Positions 11,858-24,010 of a stretch of 64,000 nt of DNA are shown piece after piece. The notes beneath the pieces are model-generated. The model made no database searches. It had not been told where the DNA came from and saw only the letters and a program-made list of their open reading frames with translations. The stretch's first letter is position 1; every line of letters starts with the position of its first letter. The DNA lies in contig CP120458.1 in the NCBI GenBank assembly GCA_034226945.1, positions 310,001-374,000 of the forward strand, in the 5' to 3' direction. Origin of the DNA: Picochlorum sp. SENEW3 (lineage: Eukaryota). The position numbers and the translations under genes were made by a program.

Positions 11858-14647
11858 TTACACGTTAGAATTTGGTCTAGAATCATTCAGGGTTGGTTTC
11901 GATGGTGATGTAAGTGCCCCTGTGCTGACAGCCACCATGCTTTTTCTGTCAGTATTCATGGCATTCATTGGGGGTGGAGGCCCCATTGATCTTGCTGGCG
12001 TAGCCACAAATCTCTTTCGCTCCAGTTGCTTCAAATGCTGATGCTCATATGGCCCCACGGTTGACCTCCTCTGAGTGGATGGTGATTGCCTCAAACTTCT
12101 TGATGGTGTCGCTGGGAGAGATCTTCTTGGCGTCATTGTAGCAGATGCAGGAACCATGTCCAGGGTGCGTGGAGAGCGGTCTGGAAGTGGTGGCTTTGGT
12201 ATTCTGGATGGTGTAAAGCCCGGAGTGCTGGCAGCTGAGCGGGGATACATTTTTCTAGGTGTCTGAAACTCCCTCATGCCCATGCCACTAGCATTCATGT
12301 CCTGCCCATGAGATCCTGAGGATGACCTGGAACGTTGGTAGCTATTATTAGATGTCTTGCTAGTGTGAGAGGATGAAGGAGAGGAGCTTTTGCTTCCAGA
12401 TAGTTGAGTCTCCAATAACTCCCTTCCACTGATGACACTTGCAGTTTTTGTCATCGTAGAATTGCTCCATTCTTTGCTTGTTGATCCTAAACTTTGGTTC
12501 AACCTTCTTTGAGACACTTCCGGATCTCCATGTGAATTTCCATTGCTACTGCCTGCGCCTGAGGGATGAGATGGCCTTGAACTTGTGGTCCAACTCTGAG
12601 AAGCATCCCAAGGTAGGACAGGTATGGAAAAGTCATTCGAAGAATCTGCAGCGACGGTGTAAACTATAGGACCTTGACTTTTCACGGTGGCACTACTGGT
12701 GCTTGTTTGGTTGGTTCCTTTGGAGCTCCTATTTCCACTTTCGACACAACTTTCCAGACAGCGAGATGCTTGGAGGGACATAGCACGACTTGGCGCCATC
12801 ATTTTGTTGGATTTGTCCCACGTTTTCTCATTTGCGAGCGGCATTGATGCTTTTAAAGAATCGATTGCACTTCTTGCTTGCTGATGGATGCCTTCTGGCT
12901 CCTCCACAGGATTGAAACTTGCAAAACTTCCGCCTGATGTAAAGGCTGTGCCACAAGAGTTGTGTCTGGACTTTTCGGTTTCATCAGAAGCGGACACAAT
13001 TTTTAAATCATCTTGAGAGGCCTGGGAAATCTGACGGTTCTCCAAATGGGCACACTGTTCCCTAGAAGACACAACTAGTTCTCTAGATGATTGATCAGGC
13101 ACCTCAGAGGATGAAGCACTCGCTCCTGATCTGGCACAAGATAATTTGTTCTTTTCAGTAAAACCTGAACATCCGTTGGATCGTTTCGAGGACAAAGATG
13201 ATTCACTTGACCTGCTGAGGCTTTTCCTCTCAGGACAAGGGAATGATTGGGTTGCTACACTGTCCGCCTTGACAATTCCACTAGACAGTGCGGAGTCCAA
13301 CTGTAATTTTCGTCGAGCTCCTGATACTTTTTTGACACCGTCAGATCTGCCATCCTCGAGATTATACGAGCATGCTGGGCCGCCCTCTGAAACAGCTGTA
13401 AAGTTGGATGTAATTTTTGTACTTCTGTCGCCTTGGCGGGGATTCAAATCGCGAGTTGCTCCTTCAGAAGTGCCGTAATTTTCTTGAGACGTTTTAGATA
13501 CACGTTGCTCCGAGCTCCGTGGCTGTTCACTGACATGAACTCCTGGGCAATTCACATTTGCCAGGAAAGGATGGTCTAGTAATGTCGTTGCTGATGGCCT
13601 CTCCCTCCAATTGCGATTGAAACAAAGATACAGAAAATCTTTGCATTCTGGAGAGAGATCCTGAGGGATCAAAGGAGGTCCCTTGGACTTTGCAATGTGG
13701 AACATTGCAGATACTTGTGATCCATACTGACTCCATGGGGGCTTGCCTGTGGCCATCTCGATAACGGTGCAGGCCACACTCCATATATCCGCCTTTCTCC
13801 CATGTCCCGTTTGGGTAATCACTTCAGGTGCCATCCAGTACGGAGTTCCCTTGACACTATTGGCTCCAGATCCAATGGTCACAAGATCCTCAATCTTCTT
13901 TGAAGCTCCAAAGTCAGCCAGTTTCACCAATCCAGTATTTTCCACCAATATGTTAGCCCCTTTGATATCCCTATGCATGATTCCATTATTATGAAGATAT
14001 TCTAGGCCAAGTAAGATTTGCTTTGTGTACATCTTGACTACTGGCTCTTTGAATGGTCCAAAGTTTGTGAGCAGAGAAGCAATTGAACCACCAGGAACAA
14101 ACTCTAAAAAGATGTTGATTAACTTTGTATTCCTTTCAGTGCCAATATATCTGACAATATTGGGGTGATCAAGAAGTTTGAGGGTGTCCACCTCAGACTC
14201 AAGAGACCTGATATGCTCTGCAATCTTGGCACTGCTTGCTCCACCAGCATGCCCCAAGGATACCTGCTTCACAGCCATCAATCTACCCGTATCATTATCC
14301 AAGCCAAGGTATACACTTCCAAAGGCACCCTGCCCTAGCAAATCGCCGCAAGTCCAATTCCTTGGAACTTGATCCTTCGCACGTGTTTCAGACTGACCCC
14401 CCTCTGCTAACGTGTGCTTTGAATCCTTTGTTACCACGGCGGCATAGGACATTTTGCTCGAGTCACTTGGCTTCGAGAGACCGCTGGACCTCATATGAAC
14501 AACTGCATTCCTCATGGGAGATGCTGGATGTTTCCTCTGCTGCTTCAAGGGGGATGATACCCTCAAGCTACCATGCTCGTCAATTGGCGCCAGTCCATCA
14601 TGATCATCAGACAAGCATCCTGATTTCTCCCCTCTACCCCCATACAT
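11858..14647 (-). CDS. MEKK-type MAP kinase kinase kinase (NPK1/ANP-like) with a long Ser-rich C-terminus; first ATG at 14647
   Basis: [21 protein letters not shown] and the [14 protein letters not shown] signature. Confidence 0.92.
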   Translation of the reverse strand: MYGGRGEKSGCLSDDHDGLAPIDEHGSLRVSSPLKQQRKHPASPMRNAVVHMRSSGLSKPSDSSKMSYAAVVTKDSKHTLAEGGQSETRAKDQVPRNWTCGDLLGQGAFGSVYLGLDNDTGRLMAVKQVSLGHAGGASSAKIAEHIRSLESEVDTLKLLDHPNIVRYIGTERNTKLINIFLEFVPGGSIASLLTNFGPFKEPVVKMYTKQILLGLEYLHNNGIMHRDIKGANILVENTGLVKLADFGASKKIEDLVTIGSGANSVKGTPYWMAPEVITQTGHGRKADIWSVACTVIEMATGKPPWSQYGSQVSAMFHIAKSKGPPLIPQDLSPECKDFLYLCFNRNWRERPSATTLLDHPFLANVNCPGVHVSEQPRSSEQRVSKTSQENYGTSEGATRDLNPRQGDRSTKITSNFTAVSEGGPACSYNLEDGRSDGVKKVSGARRKLQLDSALSSGIVKADSVATQSFPCPERKSLSRSSESSLSSKRSNGCSGFTEKNKLSCARSGASASSSEVPDQSSRELVVSSREQCAHLENRQISQASQDDLKIVSASDETEKSRHNSCGTAFTSGGSFASFNPVEEPEGIHQQARSAIDSLKASMPLANEKTWDKSNKMMAPSRAMSLQASRCLESCVESGNRSSKGTNQTSTSSATVKSQGPIVYTVAADSSNDFSIPVLPWDASQSWTTSSRPSHPSGAGSSNGNSHGDPEVSQRRLNQSLGSTSKEWSNSTMTKTASVISGRELLETQLSGSKSSSPSSSHTSKTSNNSYQRSRSSSGSHGQDMNASGMGMREFQTPRKMYPRSAASTPGFTPSRIPKPPLPDRSPRTLDMVPASATMTPRRSLPATPSRSLRQSPSTQRRSTVGPYEHQHLKQLERKRFVATPARSMGPPPPMNAMNTDRKSMVAVSTGALTSPSKPTLNDSRPNSNV

Positions 14648-15446
14648 CCCGATGTCCGCCTGCACAATCACCCATGACAAATTCAGTGATCCACCCCACA
14701 AATAATCAGAAAGACTCAAGAACACACCGTCGTCGCAGTCACTCCTCCAGAAATATTTGCTTTGATTCTCTGCCGCTGATCATTTTCATACCCTATATCG
14801 TTCCACTTTGCTCTATACTTTTGCTCAGTCTCTCTGCCGTGAACACTCCCCACAGATGGAGCACTGAAACACTGTCCCATACTTTGTTAGCCAATACCTC
14901 CTATTCTGTTGTCCAAGTATACTTAAAAATACAACTTCTATTCCTCTTCGCCAATGACAATCAAGATCAATTCGTTGGATACTCTCGAAGACGCTGCAAC
15001 AACCTATGAACCAAGCATCATATCGGACAGCAGTGGCATCTGACGGTATCAAGACACGTCTGAAATTATTAATGTATCAAAATATATCTGACTATCAACA
15101 GAGCACGTGTTGACCCCTGCGCTATTCAGGGATAACAAGAATGACGATCTACTAACGACGTGTAAACCGACAAAGCCTCACTGACCCAGAACAGATTGCC
15201 TATGCTTTTTTAAGGTTCTCAAAGACGATAGTATATATTTTATATCTACCTCTAGTCGTTTTCAAAGGAATCGTGTCCTGTCGAGGCACTCGGAAATCGG
15301 CAATGTCGTTACGATCACCTTCAGGCAATCCCTCTGTCAAATGCAACATTTGACCGAGAGGGATGAAACTGAAGACGTATAGAACGATTCGTCCTTTTCA
15401 TACAGTATCTTGGCATTTCAACTTGATTAGATGAAACTATGTTATA

Positions 15447-17321
15447 ATGAGAGACCCGGAGGAAGAGCAATATGCTCATCACCATAGGACAAGGCTGCCA
15501 GGAAGAGGCATGAACTCTCCATTGCAGGAAGAATACCAGGAGGACAGGGACGTCTATTCGCAACAATCACAGGATGCATTCGAAGGAAAAGAAGAAATGG
15601 CATCTCATATGCAGATGTATGCTGTATTGGGGGTTGGAAAGGAGGCCACGGGGGAAGAGATAAAGAAGGCATACAAAAGCTTGGTGGCCACTCTGCACCC
15701 GGATAAGATGCATCATCAGGACGATGAGGAGGTACGGCAGGCAGCGAAGGAGCATTTCATTCGGATTCAAGAGGCCTATGACATACTGAGCAATCCTGAG
15801 ACGCGCGATGTGTACGATGTGTATGGGTTGGAAGGAGTTCGGTCTGGGTTGGAGTTGTCTGTGTTTGATGGTTCCTCAATGACGGAGGAAAAGAAGCGAC
15901 GGTGGGAATTTTATCAAAGTCAGAAGAAGAAGATGGTGGAAGAAGCTATGTCGTCACAGCAAAAGGGGGTGTATATCTTCAAAACGGATGCATCCTCTCT
16001 TTTTACACCATATGCGCCTGCCAACATTGTGTCACGAGTGCCTCAGGTGACACATGTTTACATATCCAGTGGCATGGATATACCGATTGGATCATCCGAG
16101 GATTCGAGTCTATCGGATTCTGACCAGGACTCTCTGCATCTAGGAGGTATGGTGACTGTGAGGGATGGCATTGGTGGAGGTTCGTTTGTGGCTGGATATC
16201 ATAGATTTTACTCGAATGGGGCTCAGGGTGGAATTGAGGGGTCTGTGGGATTGCAGACCTTGTTAGGATTTCAAGCATCGATTCCAATGTATTCGGATCA
16301 AGATTGTACGATTTTCGCATCCGGTGGCTGTTCGTGGAGTCCTGATAGTGGAGTTGCCTTTGATGTGGGTACAACGTGTCAACTGGGTCCACAGACATCA
16401 GGGGAGTTTACATGGACACTTTTCCCACAAGAACTTTCATCAATGGCCATATCAATCAGACATAAAATAGATTCAACACTCTTCGTCGCCAAAGCTGAGG
16501 TAGGAGCCATTACAGGTTTGACAATCAGACTGATTCACCAGCTGACCAACAGTCTATCTGGTAGACTCTCTTTGAAAGCTGGAACCCAGGGAGTTGAATG
16601 TGAGGTCGGGGGAAACAGAAGGCTTTCTCAAACATCCTCTACTGGTATGAGTGTTATAACCGGGCTACAGGGAGTTTTGTTGAGATTGAGGTTCCAAAAG
16701 GGGGGCCACAACTTTGAGTTTCCCTTCATCCTGAGTACCATCCTTGATCCATGGATCATTGTATGTGCTCATGTCGTCCCGCCCCTCACTGTCACTCTTT
16801 TCTCACAATTTCTTATGTCTCCTATATACAAAAGATATAGAAGCAAGCGGGCACATCAGGAGGAGGCAATGCGAATAAAGCACATGGAGGTTGACAAGAA
16901 AGAGGCCATAACAGCCCAGAATATAATCAAGCCTGTAGCGATTCGTAAAATGGAGAAAGCGATGAAAGATGATTCCTTAGTAATTCTAAAAGCACTGTAT
17001 GGAGATTCTAGCCTTGTTTCGGAGATGCAAGTTGAAGTGATGGATAGTATTCTCAGATCTGGTGCTTTTGAGATCCAAGACACTTTGTCTGTAATAGATG
17101 TCACAGTTTCTGTACAATACATGTGTGACAGTGGAAGAGTGATTTTTCATTCTGGGTATCCTAAGGCAAATCTGTTTGGATTTTACGACCCAGTTCCGAC
17201 CGTGCCCAAGATGCTTTTTGTTCTCTTCAAGTACCAAGGACAGAACATGAAAGCTTGTTTGGAGGACAGGGAAGGGGGCATCCTCCCTACCAAGGGCGTC
17301 CCTTTGGAAATTGATGCTTGA
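15447..17321 (+). CDS. DNAJC11: DnaJ subfamily C member 11-like (J domain + C-terminal DUF3395-like region)
   Basis: J domain with HPD, VYDVYG motif, FEFPFIL, VIDVTV...GFYDP C-terminus. Confidence 0.85.
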   Translation: MRDPEEEQYAHHHRTRLPGRGMNSPLQEEYQEDRDVYSQQSQDAFEGKEEMASHMQMYAVLGVGKEATGEEIKKAYKSLVATLHPDKMHHQDDEEVRQAAKEHFIRIQEAYDILSNPETRDVYDVYGLEGVRSGLELSVFDGSSMTEEKKRRWEFYQSQKKKMVEEAMSSQQKGVYIFKTDASSLFTPYAPANIVSRVPQVTHVYISSGMDIPIGSSEDSSLSDSDQDSLHLGGMVTVRDGIGGGSFVAGYHRFYSNGAQGGIEGSVGLQTLLGFQASIPMYSDQDCTIFASGGCSWSPDSGVAFDVGTTCQLGPQTSGEFTWTLFPQELSSMAISIRHKIDSTLFVAKAEVGAITGLTIRLIHQLTNSLSGRLSLKAGTQGVECEVGGNRRLSQTSSTGMSVITGLQGVLLRLRFQKGGHNFEFPFILSTILDPWIIVCAHVVPPLTVTLFSQFLMSPIYKRYRSKRAHQEEAMRIKHMEVDKKEAITAQNIIKPVAIRKMEKAMKDDSLVILKALYGDSSLVSEMQVEVMDSILRSGAFEIQDTLSVIDVTVSVQYMCDSGRVIFHSGYPKANLFGFYDPVPTVPKMLFVLFKYQGQNMKACLEDREGGILPTKGVPLEIDA

Positions 17322-17378
17322 TTTGTTTACAAATTTCAGAATACATGTATTTATTGAACAAAATTACTTTGGATTCTT

Positions 17379-18844
17379 CTACTTTTTGTCAATCTTCTTC
17401 AGGATGGATTCAATCCATGGTTCGAATTTTGCTACATTCGTGTATCCTCCTGGAACATTCTTTCGAGCACAGCCCTCCCCAAATGAAGTGATTCCGTATA
17501 CAACATCATCTTTTGCGCTCTTGCCTCTGGATATCAATGGTCCCCCCGAGTCACCTTGGCAGGCATCCTTTCCTCCCCGAAGATCCCCAGCACAAATGAC
17601 TTCTCTTGTCAATTTGTATTTCACTCCATATCCATTACCTACCTCTTTGTTCAACAACTTCTCACATTTTTTTCTTGAAACATACTGTACTCCTACCTCG
17701 CGAAGGTTGTTGCTCATATCAACTTCAAATTCGTCTGTTTTGCCATATCCAATCACTTGAAGATTCTTTGGTATACGCTTGTCAGCTGCAGCATTCATAG
17801 ATACAAGAGCATCAGACACACTCAATACAATGGTATCTTTAACTATCTTCTTGATGAAACATACATGATGCTATTTTTGCGATAGGCCAGTTTCTCACAG
17901 GAGAATCTAACTCCAAAATTCCAATATCTCCAGTTGGCTGGAGATTATCCCAGGAAGATCCATACATCTTCTCGTAATCAGGATGGTACCATTGTCGCTT
18001 AACTTTTCGGGTGGTATATTTTCGCCCATAAATGTCGTCGATTTGCCAATTCAAGCTTCCAATCTTCACACCTACGGTGCTATCATCTACGCAATGCCCT
18101 GCTGTCAAAATAGCCTTGGGACTGATGAGGACTCCAGAGCAGAATGGACCTTCGTCATCAAAAAGTCTGCATATGACACATTAGATACTATTCATGACTG
18201 CTTTCGAGGGATTCATTCAAAATTTTCAATGACGCACAGGGCAGTATATGGATATCGCTCACTGTCTTTGACTCGCTTGCCACCAACAATCCTGCTGTAA
18301 TTCCCCGCTGTTCCATCTCCTTCGTTCACCAAAGAAGAGCAATTCAAAGATACTCCTACTTGCACTAACCGAGACTGTGTCTCGTGACCTATTCTATTCT
18401 CACCACATGCCTCCTCCTGAACAACAATGGGATCAGTCCCTCCAATCCTGAAAACTGCATCATCGCTCTTCTTGCCAGATATGATTGGCAGCGTGTGCCT
18501 CGAATTGATCTCACCGCTACATTCAGTGACCAGAAGAATGTCAGTGCGTTATTGCAGGAAACGTCAACACGTTATCCAACTACTCGTTCCAGGTTCGTAC
18601 ACCTTTCCCTCCCACATCCCCGCAACCATTCAAGATGGAAACTTTTTACCACTGTAAACATTCCGTTGCTGCTTCAGAGAATCAATTCCATCCCAGTCAA
18701 TGATATTCCCCCAAAGTACCACGTCAGCGGAGCAGACGGCGAAGCAACCTGTAGAGACATGATGTGTACAATTGACACGTACTTTACCCTATCTATTCCA
18801 CATGTTATGCATATTACTGTAAGAAGTGTGAGTAGATAACGCAT
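17379..18844 (-). CDS. Trypsin-like (S1) serine protease, multi-exon; exons upstream of about 18520 are uncertain
   Basis: R|IVGG activation site near 18290, TAGHC (His), GDIGILEL (Asp), DACQGDSGGP (Ser, Asp S1 pocket). Introns at about 18235-18168 and 17864-17786. Possible signal-peptide exon starting at 18844. Confidence 0.85.
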
Positions 18845-20984
18845 AGTACCAAACTTCGCGCAGTCTCGAAGGTTCCACCTCAAACGCGTGGAAGCCAACA
18901 GGCACGAGAGATATACACCACTTGCAGTAGAATATCGGTTATCGAAATTCTGTTTCTTATTTTCTAATACTACAGGAACTTTTGTATCCCGTGAAATGAT
19001 CACGGCGTGCCAATGTACAATTTTTGCCGCGGGAAAATGAAGGTGCTACCGGTGCCCAATTGGGCACTGCCCATGCATGGGCAATCATCTGCGGAGGTAC
19101 ATAACTGCCCTGCAGTCTCGAGCCAGTGCGCCGAATTCTCTTTCATTTCCACCAGATGATCCGAAGAAGGCGCCCTTGAATCTGTCTCTGCTACAGCTGC
19201 GCCTCAGCATTGGTCCCAGTCACGCCCCTGGATTGAGTTCTGAGGAAGAGGGCCGACTGCCTGCATGTTGTGGAAGATACAGAAAATGCAGTGGTAATGC
19301 AACTCTTGCATCACTACAATGCATGTTGATGGCTTGTTCATCACAAATGTGATGTTCTCGGGATCAAGGTCGCATTCTTAGACAACGGTAGAGAGAAACC
19401 AATTCCATTTTGAGGCATTTTCATTGCCAGAGCACAAGCAGAAGGTCGCCTTTGTCTACAGACATCGACGTCTATGTATTTTGTAGCTGTACGCATGATA
19501 TTTATAGGACAATCTGAAAACGTGCTCGTCTACACGTGTTCTAATCCTGTATCTTGCAGGTTTGTTAAAAATACATATTCAATACCAAAGCATGCAGAGT
19601 GGTTCACAATTACAGTAAAGGTATGGTGCGACAGAGAATCTTGAATGCGATGCCCTTATTAACGCGTGATATCTTCATCCTGGTAAAGAAAGTCTTGTCC
19701 AGAATGACGAGACCCTTGATGTCCTAGAGCAGAAGAAAGATGCAGGCCATCAGGACTAACTGCCCTATGGTATGTATTACGGTGTACATCCACCGCGTGT
19801 TTTGGCAAGACCTTCGAGTGTCGAGTCAATGAGTGCTAAGAAGCATTTGTCGAACTGCAAAAGTCAACAGAAACCATTCTTGCACTGACTTGCCCCAGGG
19901 GAGAGCAGAAAGCAGGGGCAAAAACGAGCAAGCAATGAAAGAAAAACAACTGTGAATACAACTGGCTCACGATCGTGAATTTTGCGAAGTTTCGAGGCAA
20001 TTTGTGCTGAGACGCTTCAGACGCACGCAAACCACGAACCTAATTCTGGAGACTAACGAGAGCCTTAGCCACCAAGGTTGATCAGCCTCTTCATGGCGAT
20101 GGCATTGACAAACTCAATGGAATCCTCACCCCTCTAACACACCATTATCAGGTCCACTATTGGGTTGAATCGTGTAACCAGATGCCGATATACTCCGCAT
20201 AAGATCAAAAAAGTTTCTTGAAACCTTTCAGAAAATGCTCCTAGCTTCAAAATGTTTCAAGAATTCTTGTCTTCGAAGACAATCCAAGTGTTCCGAGAGC
20301 ATATCAAACAGGGATACAATCACATACGTATGTTACTTCATGTTGCTCAACATCTGGGCTCGACCCATTACAGTCCTTGGACCATCTGGGTCCTGAAGAG
20401 AAACTCCAGAAATCTGTCCATATCAAGAACAATGCTCACGTTCACTCGCTGTGGGAACGGGCCTATTCAGCACCAAGCCATGGCTCAAGTTGCCACATTG
20501 CTAGAGTTTCAATCAATGGCGTTCACTCTCAGGCCAACTTGGCGGGTACCCTTAACGGACAATAAGAGACGTTGAAAGTATTGTAGATGTCATGCTCGTT
20601 TCAATGAACTGTTCTGTCTCATAGACATGATTCACAGTTCATTAATCTGGAAACACTGAGATGAATCGTTCATCATTCATCAACAATATTTTTTTGGTGG
20701 GGATTCATGCCATCATAATTCAAACAAACATGCATGTGCACCAAGTAAGACCCTCAAATACGGCGGTGATCCCGCTTATAAGCGAGAATGCAAGTGGTAC
20801 TTCAAAAGTAAATTCCAAATTTGGAAGACCAGCAGCTTGGTTCGAACCACGGAATTCAGTGCATCTATAGTCTGGGTTCCGATAGATGAGACAATGTCAA
20901 AAATATTTTGCACTACTGTTATTTACAATTCAAATTTCAAATGGGAGTGAAAGGAAAAAAACTGCACTACTATGGCGCGTCCGA

Positions 20985-22499
20985 CTAAACCCTATTCAAA
21001 GGTCGGCTGAAAGACCAGCCAGGCAACGAGTTTAATTGACCAGTTCTTTCCTCAGAAAGATTGCCTCTGTTTTGTCCTGATATCTGCGTTGAAACCCATA
21101 ATGACAAACGTCTATCTGCAGTTGAAATACCTTTTTCCCAATGCACGGGTGGATACCTTCCATCGTTCTCTTTCAGAAAAATTGACAGCTCATTGAATCT
21201 CTGCATCCATGCAGAAGCATTTGGTTTATTGGCAGACTTCTCACTGGCATCCCATGTCCATCCCGGAATTTTTTCTAACAGTATTTTTCTTTCTAAAACC
21301 AATGAATTAGGCCACCCTCGACGTGTACTATTTGACGTCTTTGCACTATGATAAGCGACTCTTTGCGTTCGAATCCACTTACCTAGGTAACTCTTCTTTG
21401 TCATTGGGAGCGCACCTTGCTGATCAACAAATTCTTTCAGCTGTAGGTATATTTCCATCCACCGATTCTGATACTTTTGTTCTGATGGTGTCAACTTTAT
21501 TGTCACACCCAGATCAATTTTGTGCTCGAGAGTTGGCTCATTATGGTCCCAGGTCCATCCAGCCAACTCTTCAAGAAGTCGTATTCGTTCCATTGCAGAT
21601 GGTTCTATTTGCCAAGTCTGTTGCCAACCGTTCTTGAGTTTTTTGCGCAAAGTTCTTTGTGTGCTTGTCCATTTTCCAAGTGATCCACTTGATATGGTTG
21701 GATAGCATTTATGTTTTTTCACATAGGCCTTTAGCATGGCATACTGACTCATCCATTTCTTGCCATGCTTTCCATTCTTCCTCACAGAAACCTTCTCTTC
21801 TTCGTGTGAGACTGCTGGTACATGCAAATTGTATTGTTTAGGATAATCCTCTTCCGTCCCCTCTCCTCTCTGAATGAGTCCTGTACAGGAATTCCCGCGA
21901 AGATGTGGACTTATACTTTGCCCAAATTGGCCTCTTTGCCATTCTGGCTGATGTATTCCAACGTCCCTAAAGTTCCCATGCAATCTAGAGCTTGAAGCTC
22001 CAGCTATTTGATCATAGTGGGTATCTTTAATTGGTTGATATGGAACGAACGCACTAGATTTCGGTCTTGATTGAGTCGCCTGCATCATGGCACCACAAGG
22101 ATTGCGTGCATGACCAAGCAGACTGGCTGCCTGCTGATCATGTTGCTCGGGGAAGATCCTACGGCTTTCGTCACCACGTATCGCATTACTCAAGTGCGTC
22201 AAAAACATGCTCAGATAGTCGTTATTTGGATTTATGGTCATATTTGATTGACAGCCATCGAGCAGTTTTGGCCCGGCCTGGCAAAATTGTTGAGCCAAAA
22301 GAGCCCTATGTTCGATGGCCATGCTGGAGCCCTCCAAATTCTCCCTTGGATCGGCGATACATTTATCAGGAGATTCACTTGATACCATGGTATAAAATTT
22401 TGAGTCGTTCCGGGACAGCAATTCCAAGGCTATTTTTTCAATTAGTGGACCAAGATCCAGCAAAGGTCCACTCGCGCGAGTTGTTGTCACGTCCTCCAT
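20985..22499 (-). CDS. Helicase-associated (HA) domain repeat protein (3 repeats), no helicase domain
   Basis: Three repeats of W...Y/F..L..F/Y....G/C..P....L..W...QR/QI...ER...L...GW.W. The ORF begins at TTG 22520; first ATG is at 22499. Confidence 0.8.
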   Translation of the reverse strand: MEDVTTTRASGPLLDLGPLIEKIALELLSRNDSKFYTMVSSESPDKCIADPRENLEGSSMAIEHRALLAQQFCQAGPKLLDGCQSNMTINPNNDYLSMFLTHLSNAIRGDESRRIFPEQHDQQAASLLGHARNPCGAMMQATQSRPKSSAFVPYQPIKDTHYDQIAGASSSRLHGNFRDVGIHQPEWQRGQFGQSISPHLRGNSCTGLIQRGEGTEEDYPKQYNLHVPAVSHEEEKVSVRKNGKHGKKWMSQYAMLKAYVKKHKCYPTISSGSLGKWTSTQRTLRKKLKNGWQQTWQIEPSAMERIRLLEELAGWTWDHNEPTLEHKIDLGVTIKLTPSEQKYQNRWMEIYLQLKEFVDQQGALPMTKKSYLGKWIRTQRVAYHSAKTSNSTRRGWPNSLVLERKILLEKIPGWTWDASEKSANKPNASAWMQRFNELSIFLKENDGRYPPVHWEKGISTADRRLSLWVSTQISGQNRGNLSEERTGQLNSLPGWSFSRPLNRV

Positions 22500-24010
22500 T
22501 GTGCCAAGAGCTCTCGACAAGATATATTTTGATTAACCAACTATATATCTGGAAAGTATAAATTTTTTCGGTTCTACTAGTACGCTTCGCTGCGCTTTTT
22601 GTCCTGCGTTCGAATTTGATTTTGGGATCCGGCGATGGTTTGATTTTAAGGCAATGCCGGTTGCGACCGCGGTCGCCGGATATATATCCGGGCACTCCGC
22701 GTGACTCAATTCCTAGGAATGCTACTTTTCATAAAACCGGTAAGTACGCTATGCTTTGCGGAGAGGAATGGCCCAGCAACTCGAGCATTTATTCGTGATA
22801 GATTAGGATTTTTTAGTTCCTATCACGAATGATCAGTATCACTGATTTACATATGATATTAATTACAGGGTCAATTGACGCTCAGCAGCACACTCAGTGA
22901 CCTACAATTTTATTTCATGCGGGTAGAGAAAATCCTCTCTCAATTTCAAAATTGTAATCAACATCTTACACCGTCTCTTCAAAGGATCTGTTTTTCTTTG
23001 GAGGTAAATCAATATACCTAATACTGATATTGGCAGCATGGCCATGTGATGGCACCACCTGTGTACTGCTGCCCTGCGCTGGTGACCAGCGGACATGTCG
23101 CCATGCATGCAGTAGTTACATGTCGAGTGCTACACACACGGAATACAATAACATTCGTCAAACAAAACTCGCGAACACAATACCATACCAACTACCAAAA
23201 TAGATTATAGAGCAGTATGGTACGGAGGAGTCTGTAGGCAGTGTTGAGTTCCACACCAAAAGCATGTATAGTACTACTATTGACCTCTTCCCTAAAAAGT
23301 TGTCCCCCATGTTGTAAAGATGGAATTTGATATAGCTGTTTGGTCCAGCAAACATAGATTCTCACTTTAGAAGTATGTTGACCTGTTTTGCAACGGGGCA
23401 TTCCCTGGCTCAACACTGCATCGCCCCTAGTTGGCATGGTGGTTGCAACCATGTGAGACTGAAAACTGAAATATCAATGCCTTTAATTGTCCGCATTTCT
23501 TTTCTGATATTTGAAACCTTGACTGTGTATCATTTACATATACATGTTCCATTGCATTTATCATGATATATGAGTGATTACTCACACTGTGTATCCAAGA
23601 AGTTATGGTTGGTCGCTTGCTGCAGGGTCATCTGAGTTGTCTGCAGGGAAGAACGCGAGCGTCCTCTCTGACATGATCTGGATAGTATCCACTTCCTCAC
23701 ACCTATGCTCAAGAGTCCTACGCAGCAATCACTCATCATCATAAAGACTATACTCTTACATAAGGCTGTGACCAATATTGGTCAGTGAGTTGGCTCGAGA
23801 GATGGTAAGAGTTGGGCCATCAGAGTCCGCACCCATCCAATTGCTGACCAATTGAAACTACTTATATTCTAAATATACTGTATATATATTCTAGCGTTGG
23901 CTGTGCAGGCGAGTGCTCTGTATACCAGAGAGGCACGCATGTCATGCAAAAACACTTTATCCGAGGAGAAGGCATATTCATTCTTGAAACTGGTGAAAAA
24001 TCACAGGTAA

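Noticed and set aside
14236..15009. 257-aa plus-strand ORF antisense to the MAPKKK, and similar shadow ORFs across the window
   Set aside because: They have no recognisable motifs and are explained as antisense or alternate-frame shadows of real genes.
20838..20852. GGTTCGAACC B-box/T-loop-like motif as a tRNA
   Set aside because: I could not build an acceptor stem, D-arm or anticodon arm; it is only a 12-bp palindrome.
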